From assembly GCA_002269645.1 (NCBI GenBank), contig NIVC01000040.1, forward strand, positions 992,001-1,056,000: a stretch of DNA of 64,000 nucleotides, read 5' to 3'. Below the pieces are notes generated by a model. That model did not search any database, had not been told where the DNA came from, and saw only the letters and a program-made list of their open reading frames with translations. A program made the position numbers and the translations under genes. This DNA is from Macrostomum lignano. Taxonomy: Eukaryota. How positions within the stretch are numbered: position 1 is the first letter of the stretch; each line of letters starts with the position of its first letter. Below, in pieces: positions 37,041 to 48,568 of this stretch.

Positions 37041-37801
37041 TTGAACACTATTTTTTGTCTCAAACTCGAACAGTTTCTAAGAAAGCATTCTAAGAAAGAA
37101 CCGCATTTCCTGTTCCTTTTGTCTTCTATTTAGTTTCTCCTAATAATCAGACAGTGATTCAAAGGGCCCCAAATCCCAACAGTCTGCATAGCAACAAAGA
37201 TCTGCATGCTCTTCCCGTCAGTTGATTGAATTCCCCAGCCACTCATGCCGGATCACGCGCAGCAGATATTTTTGTTGCCGAGGGCAAGAGAAGTCAAAGG
37301 GAGACGAGCAAACAACTTGGATTAGAATTCACTTCTTTTAACCAAGGAGCTTTCGATGCACTGCTTCTAATTAATGCTTCAATATACTTGAAGGCTATGC
37401 AGCGCTATTATTATTTCTTCAAGCACAGCTTCTTCTAGTAGACGAAACAAACAAAGCGAAAAAACACAAAAGAAATACATTTCTAAGAAAACGCGTTAGA
37501 AGTACAGCGCAGAGAAACAGTTACAACCGAAAGCTGAGTCTGCTTAGCAGTTTGAGAAACTGACACATTACCAAATCAACGTCACTTCAGGTCTAATTTA
37601 TCGATCGAAAAATGCTTTTTATCGAATTTCATTGCGCACAGGGACAGAAGGAAAAACCTGCAGCTTCACATGCACGGCAGTGCACATACACAATAATGCC
37701 TGTGTACAGTATACTCGTATTGGCGCGCTTGTGCGTGCTCCGACATTCAAATCAATATTGGAGAAATTGAAAATGTTACGAAATTGCGGTTATCAAGCCG
37801 A

Positions 37802-39095
37802 TCAGCTCTTCTTTGACGGGGAGCCGCCTGCGGCTGAGGCGGCGGCCCCCGCAGCGGCCACGGCGGCCGGCAGGCGGAGCTCCCGGGTCTGCGCCAGGTC
37901 CACGTCGCTGGGCACCCGGCTGAGAAAGTCCAGCACCTCGTTGTTGTCAATTGCGTTGGGCCGAAGGATCTTCTTGGTGAACTTGTTCAAGCCCCAGGCC
38001 AGGGCCAGCAGGCGCAGCGGGAAGATGTACAGCACCACGGACGCCAGGCAGAGGATCAGCAGCGCCAGAGCGGACAGCCAGGGCTCCGTCCAGTCGAAGG
38101 TGTGCCTGACGCTCTCGCACATCGACGCCACCAGGTCCAGGCCCTGCTGTACCTTCACCAAGATGCCGTGGGCAGCTTTGATCTTCTCCCGCCAGCTGGT
38201 CGGTGCGTCCTCGTCTTTGTCCGCGCCGCCGCCGGCGCCGTCGTAGCGCTCCTCCTCGGTGGAATCCACGAACTCGACGCTGTTGCAGTCGTCGGCTCCG
38301 CAGCCGGTTGCCGCGGAGGATGACATCATCGCCGCCGAGTCGGCATCGGCAGCGAACGCGGACGGCGACGATGAGGAGTGATGATGTCGCGCTTGGAAGT
38401 GACTCTCGGTGACGCGGTAGGCCAGGTTCACCAGCAGCAGCACAATGAGGGTGCAGGGCAGCATGTGCAGCTCGAAGTTCCAAGCGATGGTCATGTAGCA
38501 GAGGAAGGCAACGGAGCTCCTGACTGGATTCTCCCACTGCCAGCAGCTGTCCACGAAGTTGCCGAAGTCAATCAGCGCGTCGATGATGGTGACGAATCTG
38601 TTGACATTGCGCCTGACCAGAGCCAGCTTGAACTTCGGGTCCGGCTGCATCACCTTCTCCTCGAACGGGTTCAGGGTTCGAACCGCAGCCCGGACAGGAT
38701 TGTAGATCAGGTCCATCTCAAGCTCGATGAGGCCCGGAGCTCGCGCCTCCAGGCTCTTGTCTCGCAGGGCGAACCAGCGGCGTTCGCCGTTGGCGATGCG
38801 CAGTAGCCGGAGAGCCAGACGGCCGAGGCACTTCGACTGGCTCTTGCGGTCGCGATTCTCGTCGTAGATGGCGACCTCCAGCCAGGTGTGCACGTCGCGC
38901 AGATCGAAGACGAAGCTGCGCTCCCAGTTGGGGCTGGCGGTCTTGTACTCCGTGTGCGTCTGCAGCCGCGTGTTGCCCACCTCCAGGACGCAGAACGCGT
39001 CCAGCTTGTGGTTCTCTTCCGTGAGGCGCTGGCCTCGGAGCACCTTGCGGATGGAGTCGTGGAGTGAGAATTGCAGGAGACTGGAAACTAACTGT

Positions 39096-39155
<60 letters not shown>

Positions 39156-39179
39156 CTAACTAACTAACCAACTAACTAT

Positions 39180-39211
<32 letters not shown>

Positions 39212-39234
39212 GTAACTAGCTAACTAACTAACTG

Positions 39235-39271
<37 letters not shown>

Positions 39272-39324
39272 GTAACTAGCTAACTAACTAACTGACTAAC
39301 TAACTAACTAACTAACTACTATCG

Positions 39325-39355
<31 letters not shown>

Positions 39356-40848
39356 CATCTATCATCTATCTACCCATCTCTTTCCACTGTCTATAGCATC
39401 TATCCAGCCTTCTCCATTCTCTGTATCGTCTCCACATTCAACTCGCAGATGCACCAGAAGAACCGAAGTCTTCCAATACGAGTACATACTCGTAGTTTCC
39501 TAGAAACGAAAGTCCCCCGCTCCCAGACGCTGTACCCGTCCTACTGTTCTCATTCCATAGCGACCGTTTCAGAACTCACCTTCACCTGCAGCCAGCCAAC
39601 ATCATCAACATCCTCGTGAGTTCGCAGCAGTGAGTAGCGGTTCACAATCTCCATTCGACCGCGCTGGCTGAAGTAATTATCCGAACTCACGTTGCTGATC
39701 GTTGCTCCGGTGATGGTGATCAGCAGGCGCAGACTCCCAGCGCCATCAAGCAGTTGCGCTTCAACAACGTGCGACTTCTCCCAGGCAAGCCGTTTCAAGT
39801 TCACCTGCGTCCGTCCCATGAAGTCATTCTGCCCAGCAACGTCATGGTCGAACACGGAGATTTTCAGCAGGCCGTCGTCTTCCGGGAAATACTTCAACTC
39901 GAATTCCTCGCCCCAGTAGGGATTGAGAGTCTCCTTGATGACGCGGCTTTTGCACTTCTGATCGCCGAGTTTGAACTTGACGTATGGGTCGCTCTGGCCG
40001 CTGTCGTCCATGGCTAGGAGGTTCCGGCCGTTGACCAGGTTGAATATGACCACTGCAGTGTGCTGCTTCTTGCCGCCCACCAGCTTGCTGGTGAGGCTGC
40101 TGAGGTGGGCCAGGCCGCCGGACACCATGCCCGAGTGCTGCTCAGAGTGCTGGTGATGGTTCACTCCGGTTGTTGTCAAGGAACTAGACGACGGATCCAA
40201 GTTGGAAGCCATTGCGGAAGCACTGTCGGCTGTTGGCACTTCGCCCGGCAGCTGCTGGTCGGCCGTCAGCTCCTCCGGGATGAGTCGGTGCACCAGCTTG
40301 GCCGCGAAGGACAGGCAGCCCATGTACGGCTCGTCGGCCTTTCCAGTCTCGTCCGTGAGGTCGATGCTGAACTCCTGGACTCGGCCGAGGCAGAGCTGGC
40401 CGATGGACAGGAAGCAGTGGCCCATGTAGTCGTCATGGACGCTGAGCCGGTCCCGATCGTACACCCTGAGCTCGAGGTCTCGCTCTACGTCTTTGATTCG
40501 AAACTCGAAGTGCTCGTCCCAGCGAGGATTGAGCGACTTCTCAATCACGCGACTCTTGGCCAGGAGTTTCCGACCGAGCTTCAACTTCACGTAGGGGTCG
40601 CTGAAGCCGTTCGAGTCCCGGACGACCAGGTTCGAACCCTTGATGAGGTGCAGGTGCAGCGAATACGGGTGCCGCATCTGACGAGACCGGCCGCTGCCGA
40701 CGCCGCCACCTCCGCTGCCACCACCGCTGCTGCTCAAGCCGAAGCTGCTCTGAGTATAGGAGGTGGCCGTGTCGGCTGTGGCCGCGGACTCCTGTCGTCG
40801 GAGCTGCTGGATTCGGGGCACGAATATTCCAACCGAATCGTCTTCCAT
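37802..40848 (-). CDS. MCTP: Multiple C2 and transmembrane domain-containing protein (MCTP1/2-like), 2 exons, ~836 aa
   Basis: Exons 40848-39580 and 39043-37802, phase-0 intron GWLQVK|VLRGQ. Three C2 domains (DSNGFSDPYV...YDRDRL, DDSGQSDPYV...FDHDV, KLDAFCVLEVGNTRLQTHTEYKT) followed by the MCTP/PRT-C membrane region (CWQWENPVRS, FDWTEPWLS, DNNEVLDFLSRVPSD). In-frame stop upstream of the ATG. Confidence 0.93.
39085..39365. repeat. (AACT)n plus (ATCT)n microsatellite in the MCTP intron
   Basis: Directly visible. Confidence 0.95.
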
Positions 40849-41534
40849 GATGATGCTGATGCTGATGACTCAGCGATGTCGCCGACTGTGGGAGAGTGTT
40901 TTTGAGTGAGCTGCAATGTGGGAGTGAGACAGAGAGACAGAGACAGAATACAGAGAGCTTGATGAGGCTGTGCGCTGCTATATACAGAAACAGAGCATAT
41001 TCCAAAGTGGAGCGATGGTCGGATAGAGGGAGAAAATGGGGGAACTGAGGAGGGGTGGAGGGTGAGGAGTTTCGTGAGCAGCTGCCGGCCAGAGGGGGGA
41101 AGAGCCAGAGTAGGTTGGCAAGAGCTGAATCAAAAAAGTTCGCTTCCACCCTGTCCAATGCAAAGTAGTTCCCAGCCCGATTGGCTGTGAAAGACAATTC
41201 AGTGAGGACAGAAACAGTGGATTTTTTACATGAAATTGAATTGTTTTGTTATAATGCACAGAAAAGCCGGAATCTAGATGGATTCTTTTATTTTCCTTCA
41301 CCTTCTTCTATCCTTCCCTCTTCCCTCTCTCTCACCTTCTTCTCTCTGCATTCTCAAAGTCGTTAAGCAGACAGTGAGCCAGTTTGAGTTTTTTTTAAAT
41401 TGAGAACTGCCCGGGCAGACAAAGAAGAGAAGAGCTGTCGAGGGTCAGGAAAAATCTAATAGCCCCATCTCTTGGCTAATAGTTTCATACGTTATGCTTA
41501 CCTACCGTAGGTAATTATTTCGTTCTTCTCTCAG

Positions 41535-41890
41535 TCTCCCCAGTCCCTGAGTCCCCCAATCCCTGGGTCCCCTAGTCCCTGAGTCCCCTAGTCTCTGAGT
41601 CCCCCAGTCCCTGAGTCCCCCAGTCCCTGAGTCCCCCAGTCCCTGAGCCCCCAATCCCTGAATCCCCTAGTCCCTGAGTCCCCTAGTCCCTGAGTCCCCT
41701 AGTCTCTGAGTCCCCTAGTCCCTGAGTCCCCTAGTCTCTGAGTCCCCTAGTCCCTGAGTCCCCTAGTCCCTGAGTCCCCTAGTCCTTGGGTGTCCCAATC
41801 CCTGAGTGTCCAATCCCTGAGTCCCCAGTCCCTGAGTCATCCAGCCCCTGAGTCCTCCAGTGTCTCAGTTTCCTCAGTCCCTGAGTCCCT
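41535..41890. repeat. ~15-bp minisatellite
   Basis: agtccctgagtcccc units. Confidence 0.9.
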
Positions 41891-42369
41891 TAGTCTCTCA
41901 GTTCTGTCACCTTTAACAATTCCTTTAATAAACCAAATATACAGGCAAGAAATGCAACCTGCATAAACCAAAATTCCAATCAGCTCGACAGCAATAAACA
42001 CACTGTAGGGAGACACCAATCCGATATGGTGAGTAACTCGAGCCCCATAAAAGTGAGAGAGCAGCCTGGTCGCATTTCGACTGGTTTTATAACTGGTTCC
42101 ATCGTGCGGCTACGCACTGTAGGCAATCACATCGATTTCCGCATCTGAGGGCAATTTGATACAGTTTGGGGCAAGAGAGTCAGTGCCAGGGATGTGAGGA
42201 GAAGTCTTCTTTTTTCCCCGGTCTCAGGCCAGCAAACGGAGCAGCACTAAACTTTTGAGCTGGCTCTGCCGCTAGCGCTCAGAATGCGCTCCGCTGATGA
42301 AGCGTGGAACAAAACTGGCAAACTCAAATAGACAGATGGATTTTAAAGAAGTGAAGAGATGGTTTGTTT

Positions 42370-42480
42370 GTCAGTCAGTCAGTCAGTCAGTCAGTCAGTC
42401 AGTCAGTCAGTTAGTTAGTTAGTTAGTTAGTTATTCAGTTAGTTAGCCAGTTAGTTAGCTATTCAGTTATTCAGTTAGTC

Positions 42481-42535
<55 letters not shown>

Positions 42536-42564
42536 CAGTCAGTTAGTTAGTTAGTTAGTTAGTC

Positions 42565-42633
<69 letters not shown>

Positions 42634-42680
42634 TTCAGTTAGTTAGCCAGTTAGTTAGCTATTCAGTTATTCAGTTAGTC

Positions 42681-42712
<32 letters not shown>

Positions 42713-42744
42713 GGTTAGTTAGTTAGTTAGTTAGTTAGTTAGTC

Positions 42745-42791
<47 letters not shown>

Positions 42792-42812
42792 CAGTTAGTT
42801 AGTTAGTTAGTC

Positions 42813-42855
<43 letters not shown>

Positions 42856-42884
42856 CAGTTAGTTAGTTAGTTAGTTAGTTAGTC

Positions 42885-42923
<39 letters not shown>

Positions 42924-42948
42924 CAGTTAGTTAGTTAGTTAGTTAGTC

Positions 42949-43003
<55 letters not shown>

Positions 43004-43053
43004 CAGTCAGTTAGTTAGTTAGTTAGTTAGTTACTTAGTTAGTTATTCAGTTG

Positions 43054-43106
<53 letters not shown>

Positions 43107-43164
43107 GTACTTAGTTATTCAGTTAGTTAGCCAGTTAGTTAGTTATTCAGTTATTCAGTTAGTC

Positions 43165-43209
<45 letters not shown>

Positions 43210-43226
43210 AGTTAGTTAGTTAGTTG

Positions 43227-43260
<34 letters not shown>

Positions 43261-43337
43261 CAGTTAGTTACTTAGTTATTCAGTTAGTTAGCCAGTTAGT
43301 TAGTTATTCAGTTATTCAGTTAGTTAGTTAGTTAGTC

Positions 43338-43406
<69 letters not shown>

Positions 43407-43453
43407 CTTAGTTATTCAGTTAGTTAGCCAGTTAGTTAGTTATTCAGTTAGTC

Positions 43454-43497
<44 letters not shown>

Positions 43498-43585
43498 GGT
43501 TAGTTAGTTAGTTAGTTAGTTACTTAGTTATTCAGTTAGTTAGCCAGTTAGTTAGTTATTCAGTTATTCAGTTAGTCAGTCAGTC

Positions 43586-43669
<84 letters not shown>

Positions 43670-43700
43670 GGTTAGTTAGTCAGTTTGTTAGTCAGTCAGT
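42370..43700. repeat. (AGTT)n/(AGTC)n microsatellite, ~1.3 kb
   Basis: Directly visible, with recurring ttattcagttagttagcc interruptions. Confidence 0.97.
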
Positions 43701-44169
43701 CACTCTCAATCCATCCTCCCAAAAAGCTTAATGCCTCTTCAGACCTGGAAGCCCGAGCACTGCAGGTTGCAGGCAGGATCAGAGCCCTCCGTTAGCAAAC
43801 GCGAGCACCTCTCTCCCTCTTCCCCTGTCCCCTGAAAAAAGCAGAAAAAAGGCCGAGTCCAGAAGCTAGCTGACCAGCTGACCAGCATCTTTCTTTCTTC
43901 ATCAGATTTTCTTGCCTGTTCTCGGTAAGAAGATGACGGATCAGGCATGCTTGGCCTATGCTAGCTGCTCCACTTAGCAAACAAGCTCAAGGCTCAATGG
44001 CCGCCGACCAACCCCTGATGTTAATCTCCCGCCTCGTTCCAATCCGCTTCCTTTAAAATCCTAGTTTTTTAGCAGCATGGGTACAAAAACACCCAACGAA
44101 CTACAGCTGTTTGAGGGTTGCAAGAAAAATGAAATACATAAAGAGCGATTGCTTAAGGATATGTGGAGC

Positions 44170-44530
44170 AGAGCATGACGCCATCACTGGAGGATCTGGG
44201 GAGGGGGTAGGTGGAGCGTGACGCCATCCCTGAAGGATCTGTGGGGTGGGGACAGAGCATGGCGCCATTCCTGAAGGATCTGTGGGGTGGGGACAGAGCA
44301 TGGCGCCATCCCTGAAGCATCTGTGGGGTGGGGACAGAGCACGGCGCCATTCCTGAAGCATCTGTGGGGTGGGGACAGAGCATGGCGCCATTCCTGAAGC
44401 ATTTGTGGGGTGGGGACAGAGCATGGCGCCATCCCTGAAGGATCTGTGGGGTGGGGACAGAGCACGGCGCCATTCCTGAAGGATCTGTGGGGTGGGGACA
44501 GAACATGGCGCCATCCCTGAAGGATCTAGG
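44170..44530. repeat. 41-bp minisatellite
   Basis: Unit ctgaaggatctgtggggtggggacagagcatggcgccattc. Confidence 0.95.
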
Positions 44531-44889
44531 GAGGGGTGGCGTTATCCCCTACCGCAATCTTAGATCCTCCAGGATTAAGGATGAGAATATTGACCTCCAG
44601 AGTGCGGAAAGTGCTCAGTTAAAATAATTCACTATACAGCAGAATTAGCTGCATAGTAAGTCAGTAAATAATCCGATTGTCGGGTGCAGCTTAGTACTGC
44701 ATAGCTGGAATTTGTTTGGAGTGCAGAGGGTACGCTCGGATAATGAATGCATAATTAATTGATTAATAGCAGCCAGGACACGTACATGTATAGGAGCTGT
44801 GTGTAATGTAGAAACAGATACAGCATCTGAGAATAATAATTAGCGGTACTGCAGTTTAGTTGTTCGATGCCGCGCATGGTCCTCTCTAT

Positions 44890-45450
44890 GTGCCATTTCC
44901 TATACGTGAGGAGTGCCATTTCCAATATCTGAGGAGTGCCATTTTCTATATCTGAGGAGTGCCATTTCCTATACGTGAGGAGTGCCATTTACTATATCTG
45001 AGGAGTGCCATTTCCTATATCTGAGGAGTGCCATTTCCAATATCTGAGGAGTGCCATTTCCAATATCTGAGGAGTGCCATTTCCAATATCTGGGGAGTGC
45101 CATTTCCAATATCTGAGGAGTGCCATTTCCAATATTTGGGGAGTGCCATTTACTATATCTGAGGAGTGCCATTTCCAATATCTGGGGAGTGCCATTTCCA
45201 ATATCTGAGGAGTGCCATTTCCAATATTTGGGGAGTGCCATTTACTATATCTGAGGAGTGCCATTTCCAATATCTGAGGAGTGCCATTTCCAATATCTGA
45301 GGAGTGCCATTTCCAATATCTGAGGAGTGCCATTTCCAATATCTGGGGAGTGCCATTTACTATATCTGAGGAGTGCCATTTCCAATATCTGGGGAGTGCC
45401 ATTTACTATATCTGAGGAGTGCCATTTCCTATATCGGAGGAGTGCCATTT
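44890..45450. repeat. 23-bp minisatellite
   Basis: Unit gaggagtgccatttccaatatct. Confidence 0.95.
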
Positions 45451-45994
45451 CCTGGTTAGATGAATTTAATGCATAATGATATGATATAAATATACGAATA
45501 TTTTCTATGAAACAAAACTGAAACTTACCAACGCGCAACGCCTAATACAGCAATATCATTCTTTTCAAAGCAACAATCAATCTAAATCCAGCATGGTTTT
45601 CTATAGTAAAATTACAAAGTGTCACAATAACTGGTACAATCAATACAAAAGCAGCAAGAGGTGTGCATTGATTTAAACAAAACAACTAAGGGTATACCTT
45701 AAATCTATTCCTGTACAGTGGTAAGAACTGAGAGAGAGAGAGAGAGTGCACACACCTCAAGAGAATCACAGTCGTCTCTAGGCATTTCAACACCAAAGTA
45801 TTGATTTTATAAGCTTTGCAAATTCAAATCCGCATGCAGTTTGAGGTAGAGAGAGAGAGAGGAAAGGAGATTATAGGTTGGTAGTAAAAACAACATGCCC
45901 ACCCACTACACGGAGAATTTCATGCATGGCCTGAAGAGCGCGGGCAAGTACAGGAATAAACTGGTTGCGGCTATCCCGCCTACTCAATTCTGCT

Positions 45995-46625
45995 TCTGCT
46001 AGTGTCTGTAGCTGCCTGTGCTAGTGTCTGCAGCTGTCTGTAACAGTGTCTGTATCTGCCTGTGCTAGTGTCTGTATCTGCCTGTGCTAGTGTCTGTAGC
46101 TGTCTATACCAGTGTCTGTAGCTGTCTATACCAGTGTCTGTAGCTGTCTGTGCTAGTGTCTGCAGCTGTCTGTAAGTATCTGTAGCTGCCTGTGCTAGTG
46201 TCTGTAGCTGTCTATACCAGTGTCTGTAGCTGTCTATACCAGTGTCTGTAGCTGTCTGTACCAGTGTCTGCAGCTGTCTGTAAGTATCTGTAGCTGCCTG
46301 TGCTAGTGTCTGTAGCTGTCTATACCAGTGTCTGTAGCTGTCTATACCAGTGTCTGTAGCTGTCTGTACCAGTGTCTGTAGCTGTCTGTACCAGTGTCTG
46401 TAGCTGTCTGTACCAGTGTCTGTAGCTGTCTGTACCAGTGTCTGTAGCTGCCTGTGCTAGTGTCTGTATCTGCCTGTGCTAGTGTCTGTATCTGCCTGTG
46501 CTAGTGTCTGTATCTGCCTGTGCCAGTGTCTGTATCTGCCTGTGCTAGTGTCTGCAGCTGCCTGTGCCAGTGTCTGTACCTGCCTGTGCCAGCGTCTGTA
46601 GCTGTCTGTCCTAGTGCCTGTAGCT
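45995..46625. repeat. 22-bp minisatellite
   Basis: Unit agtgtctgtagctgtctgtacc. Confidence 0.95.
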
Positions 46626-47719
46626 GTCTGTCTGTCTGTAGCTTTGCTGTCTTTCTGTCTGTGTGATGTCTGGCCAGTCCGAAGTGTCTGTCTGTGCTTG
46701 TGTTTCTAGTGTCCATCAGCTAGAGAAGGTAAAAAATAGGTAAAAAATAAGTTGAAATAAAAACGCACTTTAGGGCTTACATATAATTAACATTCAGTTC
46801 TGCATAAGAAGCTGCAAACGAGAGCAAAATTTCAAAACCGTTTCTGTTTGGACACGTATATTTGCCTTTCAAAACACACTTTTATTCGTTATTTTTTATA
46901 GAAGACGAACAATTGGTAAAGACGAATACACCTAACCCACAAGTCAACATTGCAACTATTAGAGGGCGACCAAGCAAACCTAAAACTAAGATTTGGTGAG
47001 AGAGAAATAGAGAAGTGTAGGCGCGAGAGAGAAAGAAGAAAGAAGGATAGAGAGGGAGAGGGAGGTAGGGATAGAGGGAAGAGAGGGAGAGGGAGGTAGG
47101 GATAGAGGGAAGAGAGGGAGAGGGAGGTAGAAGGAAACAGACAGGGGAATGGAGAATGAGAAAGGAGCGGCACTTGAGAAGACTCAAAGGAATGAGCACT
47201 TATAACTGAGCTAGCCCAACCTAAAAAAGCACAGCTTTGGCCAAAAAGAATCTCAATTCAGAGCAATACTTCAACTAAATTTGAATTAGAACATCGAACA
47301 AAGGTGTAGAGTACATGTGAGCGCTATGCTCAAGCATCACCGTTAGCAGCGACCCCAAATAATCAAAACAAAACGTCAGGAGCACAACACGGAATAACAA
47401 CAATAATAACAATATAATGATGAAATAAAAAAGTATTACAATAACAACTAATCGTACTGACTAATTCAGAAGTCAGTAGCATATGCTGCGCACAAAAGAA
47501 TGAATGTGCTAGACACAAAATTTCAGAATTTTGTTTTTAATTTTGGCAAAGACTCAATGCAAATTTTAATAATTCAAAACTGACTACTTCAATGAACGAG
47601 CAATGACTTGAAGATCTAGTAATTGAATTCATATTCAAGCAAGCAGCATATAACAATATTACATGTGCGGCTGTATGTCTGTCCATCTGCGCCTGTTTGT
47701 ACTGTCTGTACAGTCATAT

Positions 47720-48470
47720 CCAACTGTCAGACAGTCTGTATCCTACTGTCAGACTGTCTGTATCCTACTGTCAGACTGTCTGTATATATTTACTGTCAGA
47801 CTGTCTGTATATATTTACTGTCAGACTGTCTGTATATATTTACTGTCAGACTGTCTGTATATATTTACTGTCAGACTGTCTGTATATCTTACTGTCAGAC
47901 TGTCTGTATATCTTACTGTCAGACTGTCTGTATATCTTACTGTCGGACTGTCTGTATATCTTACTGTCAGACTGTCTGTATATCTTACTGTCGGACTGTC
48001 TGTATATCTTACTGTCGGACTGTCTGTATATCTTACTGTCAGACTGTCTGTATCTTACTGTCAGACTGACTGTATATCTTACTGTCAGACTGTCTGTATA
48101 TCTTACTGTCAGACTGTCTGTATCTTACTGTCAGACTGTCTGTATCTTACTGTCAGACTGTCTGTATATCTTACTGTCAGACTGTCTGTATCTTACTGTC
48201 AGACTGTCTGTATCTTACTGTCAGACTGTCCGTATATCTTACTGTCAGACTGTCTGTATCTTACTGTCAGACTGTCTATATCTTACTGTCAGGCTGTCTG
48301 TATCTTACTTACTATCTGTACCTTACTGTCAGACAGTATATAACTGTAATCTATGCATGTATGCTCTACTATCAGCCAGTCGATTGTCTGTAAATCTTAC
48401 TGTCAGACTGTCTGTATATCTTTACTGTCAGACTGTCTGTAAATCTTACTGTCAGACAGTGCCTTACAGT
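47720..48470. repeat. ~22-26-bp minisatellite
   Basis: Unit actgtcagactgtctgtat(at)ctt. Confidence 0.95.
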
Positions 48471-48568
48471 AAAAAAAGAAAGTGAATATCTTTCGTCAAA
48501 TTCCAACAATAGATCAGGGTTGAGGTCAATCAAGGTCAACCTGGCACCTCCAAGCCGCAGCTGTCAGA

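Noticed and set aside
37705-39490. 12-bp inverted match (ccaatacgagta) on either side of MCTP exon 2
   Set aside because: Too short, no TSD, and it would place a conserved exon inside a transposon.
40060-40905. 281-aa plus-strand ORF and other antisense ORFs over MCTP, STK11 and the LINE
   Set aside because: Shadow ORFs of GC-rich coding sequence with no independent motifs.
42228-42361. Plus-strand exon-like segment with a good acceptor and a donor before (AGTT)n
   Set aside because: Stops in all three frames, and splicing to 43743 creates TGA; at best non-coding and unsupported.
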